From Octopus sinensis (lineage: Eukaryota): DNA of 11,578 bases. Made by a program: the position numbers and the translations under genes. Below the pieces are notes generated by a model. That model was not told the origin of the DNA. It saw only the letters and a program-made list of their open reading frames with translations, and ran no database searches. This document shows positions 9,794 to 11,578 of the stretch, in pieces. The stretch lies in assembly GCF_006345805.1 (NCBI RefSeq), contig NW_021827056.1, positions 1 to 11,578 on the forward strand, written 5' to 3'. Each line of letters starts with the position of its first letter. Position 1 is the stretch's first letter.

Positions 9794-9983
9794 GTTTCAT
9801 ACCAAGACTTGAGATAACACCAGCAATCATCAGAAAAAGCTGAAAGAAAAAGCATGGCGTGGATTCTTTGCCACCGGACGTCTGAAACGGTCACATCGGG
9901 TTGTGGAAAAGAACCCACGCTATACATTTCCTTTTATTTATATCTGATGATTGCTAGGATTATCTCAATTTCCGGTATGAAAC
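9794..9983. repeat. Imperfect long inverted repeat (foldback), 81-bp arms with a 28-bp spacer
   Basis: 9794-9874 matches the reverse complement of 9903-9983 without gaps at 63/81 (hand count). No target-site duplication was seen. Confidence 0.9.
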
Positions 9984-10010
9984 CAATTGGGAAGTGCTGA
10001 TACGAAAATA

Positions 10011-10219
10011 CAGGGTGTTCGTAAATTATCTTTACAACTTTCACAATTTAGTGCCTTTGTTAAAGTTGGGATCCCCCAATCAACTTCCTTGCAACCAATG
10101 GAGCCCACGTAAATGTGTTTCTGTTTGCCTATGTTTTCCAATAAACCCTGCAGAGTTATTCTTATTTTTCAGTGTTTTCTGAATTTTTCGAATAGTAAAG
10201 ATAATTTATGGACACCTTG
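10011..10219. mobile_element. Tc1/mariner-type MITE, 209 bp, TA target duplication
   Basis: TIRs CAGGGTGTTCGTAAATTATCTTTAC (10011-10035) and GTAAAGATAATTTATGGACACCTTG (10195-10219) are 22/25 complementary, flanked by TA at 10009-10010 and 10220-10221. No transposase ORF. Confidence 0.9.
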
Positions 10220-10249
10220 TATATTACTGCATTTTATTAATAATAAAAC

Positions 10250-10691
10250 CCGACAGGAGACGTCGATGTTTCCTAGGGCTAAATGGCGGTGGTGTAATTC
10301 CCTTACGGGACTGTCACATTGAGTTGACAGTATACGACCACTTTATCGCCCCACCACTGATATGTCTCTCTGAGACATTTAGAAATTCAATATTTCTAAT
10401 TTCGGTGATCAGTAAATAAATTTTACTGAAAATATGATATATTTGCGAAGAGGTTGCGGTCATCTCAGCGAGCGAGACTGGCTACCTTGAACTGACGACG
10501 AGCAATACACTCAGAAACATGTCTTCAGGTGCTTAGTCCCAGCTGGCGGGGGTGATTGCCTCCCCTTTGCAAATATAAGGACACAGAAAATGTGTCAAAG
10601 CCGACAGGAGACGTCGATGTTTCCTAGGGCTAAATGGCGGTGGTGTAATTCCCTTACGGGACTATCACATGGAGTTGACAGTATACGACCA

Positions 10692-10742
<51 letters not shown>

Positions 10743-10745
10743 ATA
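10250..10745 (+). mobile_element. Retrozyme-like non-autonomous retroelement: 351-bp unit x1.26, (TA)n tail, 14-bp TSD
   Basis: 93-bp direct repeats at 10250-10342 and 10601-10693 (91/93 identical, period 351). Internal hammerhead at 10486-10529, (TA)n at 10694-10745, and identical ATTAATAATAAAAC at 10236-10249 and 10746-10759. Confidence 0.8.
10486..10529 (+). ncRNA. Minimal type I hammerhead ribozyme
   Basis: Stem I CTTGAA(10486-10491)/TTCAGG(10524-10529), extendable with bulges to 10476/10538. Canonical core CTGACGA (10492-10498); stem II GAG-CAATACA-CTC (10500-10512) closed by a C/A mismatch; GAAA (10514-10517); palindromic ACATGT (10517-10522); cleavage triplet GUC with the site after 10523. 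Confidence 0.8.
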
Positions 10746-11114
10746 ATTAATAATAAAACATATGCTTATACATACATATATGTACGTACCTACCTCTACA
10801 TGTATATATACATGCATATATGGGTACAGGACACCAAAAACCGTCGAACACAATGAGAAACGAAAACATAAACACAAAACCAAGGAACTGGACATTTTTC
10901 TTAAACACCGAAAAAATAGAGTACAGGACATACAAAACAAGGAAAATTCCCCTTCTTCAGTCGCCATGGTTTCATCTACTCTGCGTTTCGAAGGTGAAGG
11001 CGATATGCATCTTCGATAGAAACTTTCCTTCCCGCGAAAAGCAAAATAAAATTTGAGATCTTTTTGTGGCGGGGCAAAAATGGTAACAAAAACAGGACAG
11101 TAACGACAGTACAA

Positions 11115-11500
11115 TGTATGCATGTATGTATGAGGGTATGTACATATATATGTGTGTGTGTGGTTATTGTTATCGGTATTGTAGTTGTCGTTGTTGATCT
11201 TGCTATTACTGGTTTTGTTGTTGTTGTTGTTGTTGTTGTAGCAGCGGGTTCACGAAGTCTGATGTAACCAGAGACATTCTATTGCCCAGTGAAATGATTC
11301 CAGTGCGTACGGAGTATGGCGGCGAATATGGCGGCGTACGATGCTTTGGTGCTTTTTACTAATAGACGACGACGACGATGATGATGGTGCTGTTGATGGT
11401 GTTGGTGGCGCTGGTGATGGTGAAGTGTAAGAAGGCGGCGAAAAACAACAACAACAACAACAACAACAACAAAATACAATAGAAAAGAGAGAGAGAGAGA
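11115..11500. repeat. Simple repeats (ATGT, TG, GTT, GAC/GAT/GGT, AAC, GA) around a short unique CpG-rich island
   Basis: (GTT)n ~11165-11240, GAC/GAT/GGT 11366-11422, (AAC)n 11445-11471, (GA)n 11486-11499. Unique sequence lies at ~11245-11365. Confidence 0.85.
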
Positions 11501-11578
11501 TCTGTTGTCAGAGTCACTTGTAGTCGTAACGTTTCCTGCGCATCGAGTGCAACTTGCTCGAATATTCCTCATTAAAAT

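Noticed and set aside
10255-10530. Second, minus-polarity hammerhead in the retrozyme unit (CTGAAGA at 10528-10522 and GAAACATCGACGTC at 10272-10259)
   Set aside because: CTGAAGA is just the complement of the + ribozyme's cleavage site and stem I. I could not build stems I and II joining the two boxes.
10250-10693. TRIM or LTR retrotransposon reading of the 93-bp direct repeats
   Set aside because: No TG...CA ends, no tRNA primer-binding site or clear polypurine tract, and the TSD is 14 bp with a simple-repeat tail rather than 4-6 bp.

Overview
AT-rich, microsatellite-dense, non-coding eukaryotic DNA. The repeat families look like those of an octopus or other cephalopod (recognised from memory, no search run). 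No intact protein-coding gene is supported, and almost all ORFs in the track come from microsatellites. The window is a mosaic of tRNA-derived SINEs, two decayed LINE fragments (an RTE-type C-terminal region on + and a restriction-like-endonuclease region on -), a Tc1/mariner-type MITE, a 190-bp foldback and a probable non-autonomous Helitron end. The most notable element is at 10250-10745. It is a non-coding 351-bp unit present as about 1.26 tandem copies (93-bp terminal redundancy), followed by a (TA)n tail and flanked by an exact 14-bp target-site duplication. It folds into many hairpins and contains a minimal type I hammerhead ribozyme (10486-10529). This is the signature expected of a retrozyme, a reverse-transcribed copy of a ~351-nt circular self-cleaving RNA. 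A second Penelope-type hammerhead-like motif with a variant core lies at 1012-1049, and more degenerate ones lie at 1916-1964 and in both arms of the foldback.
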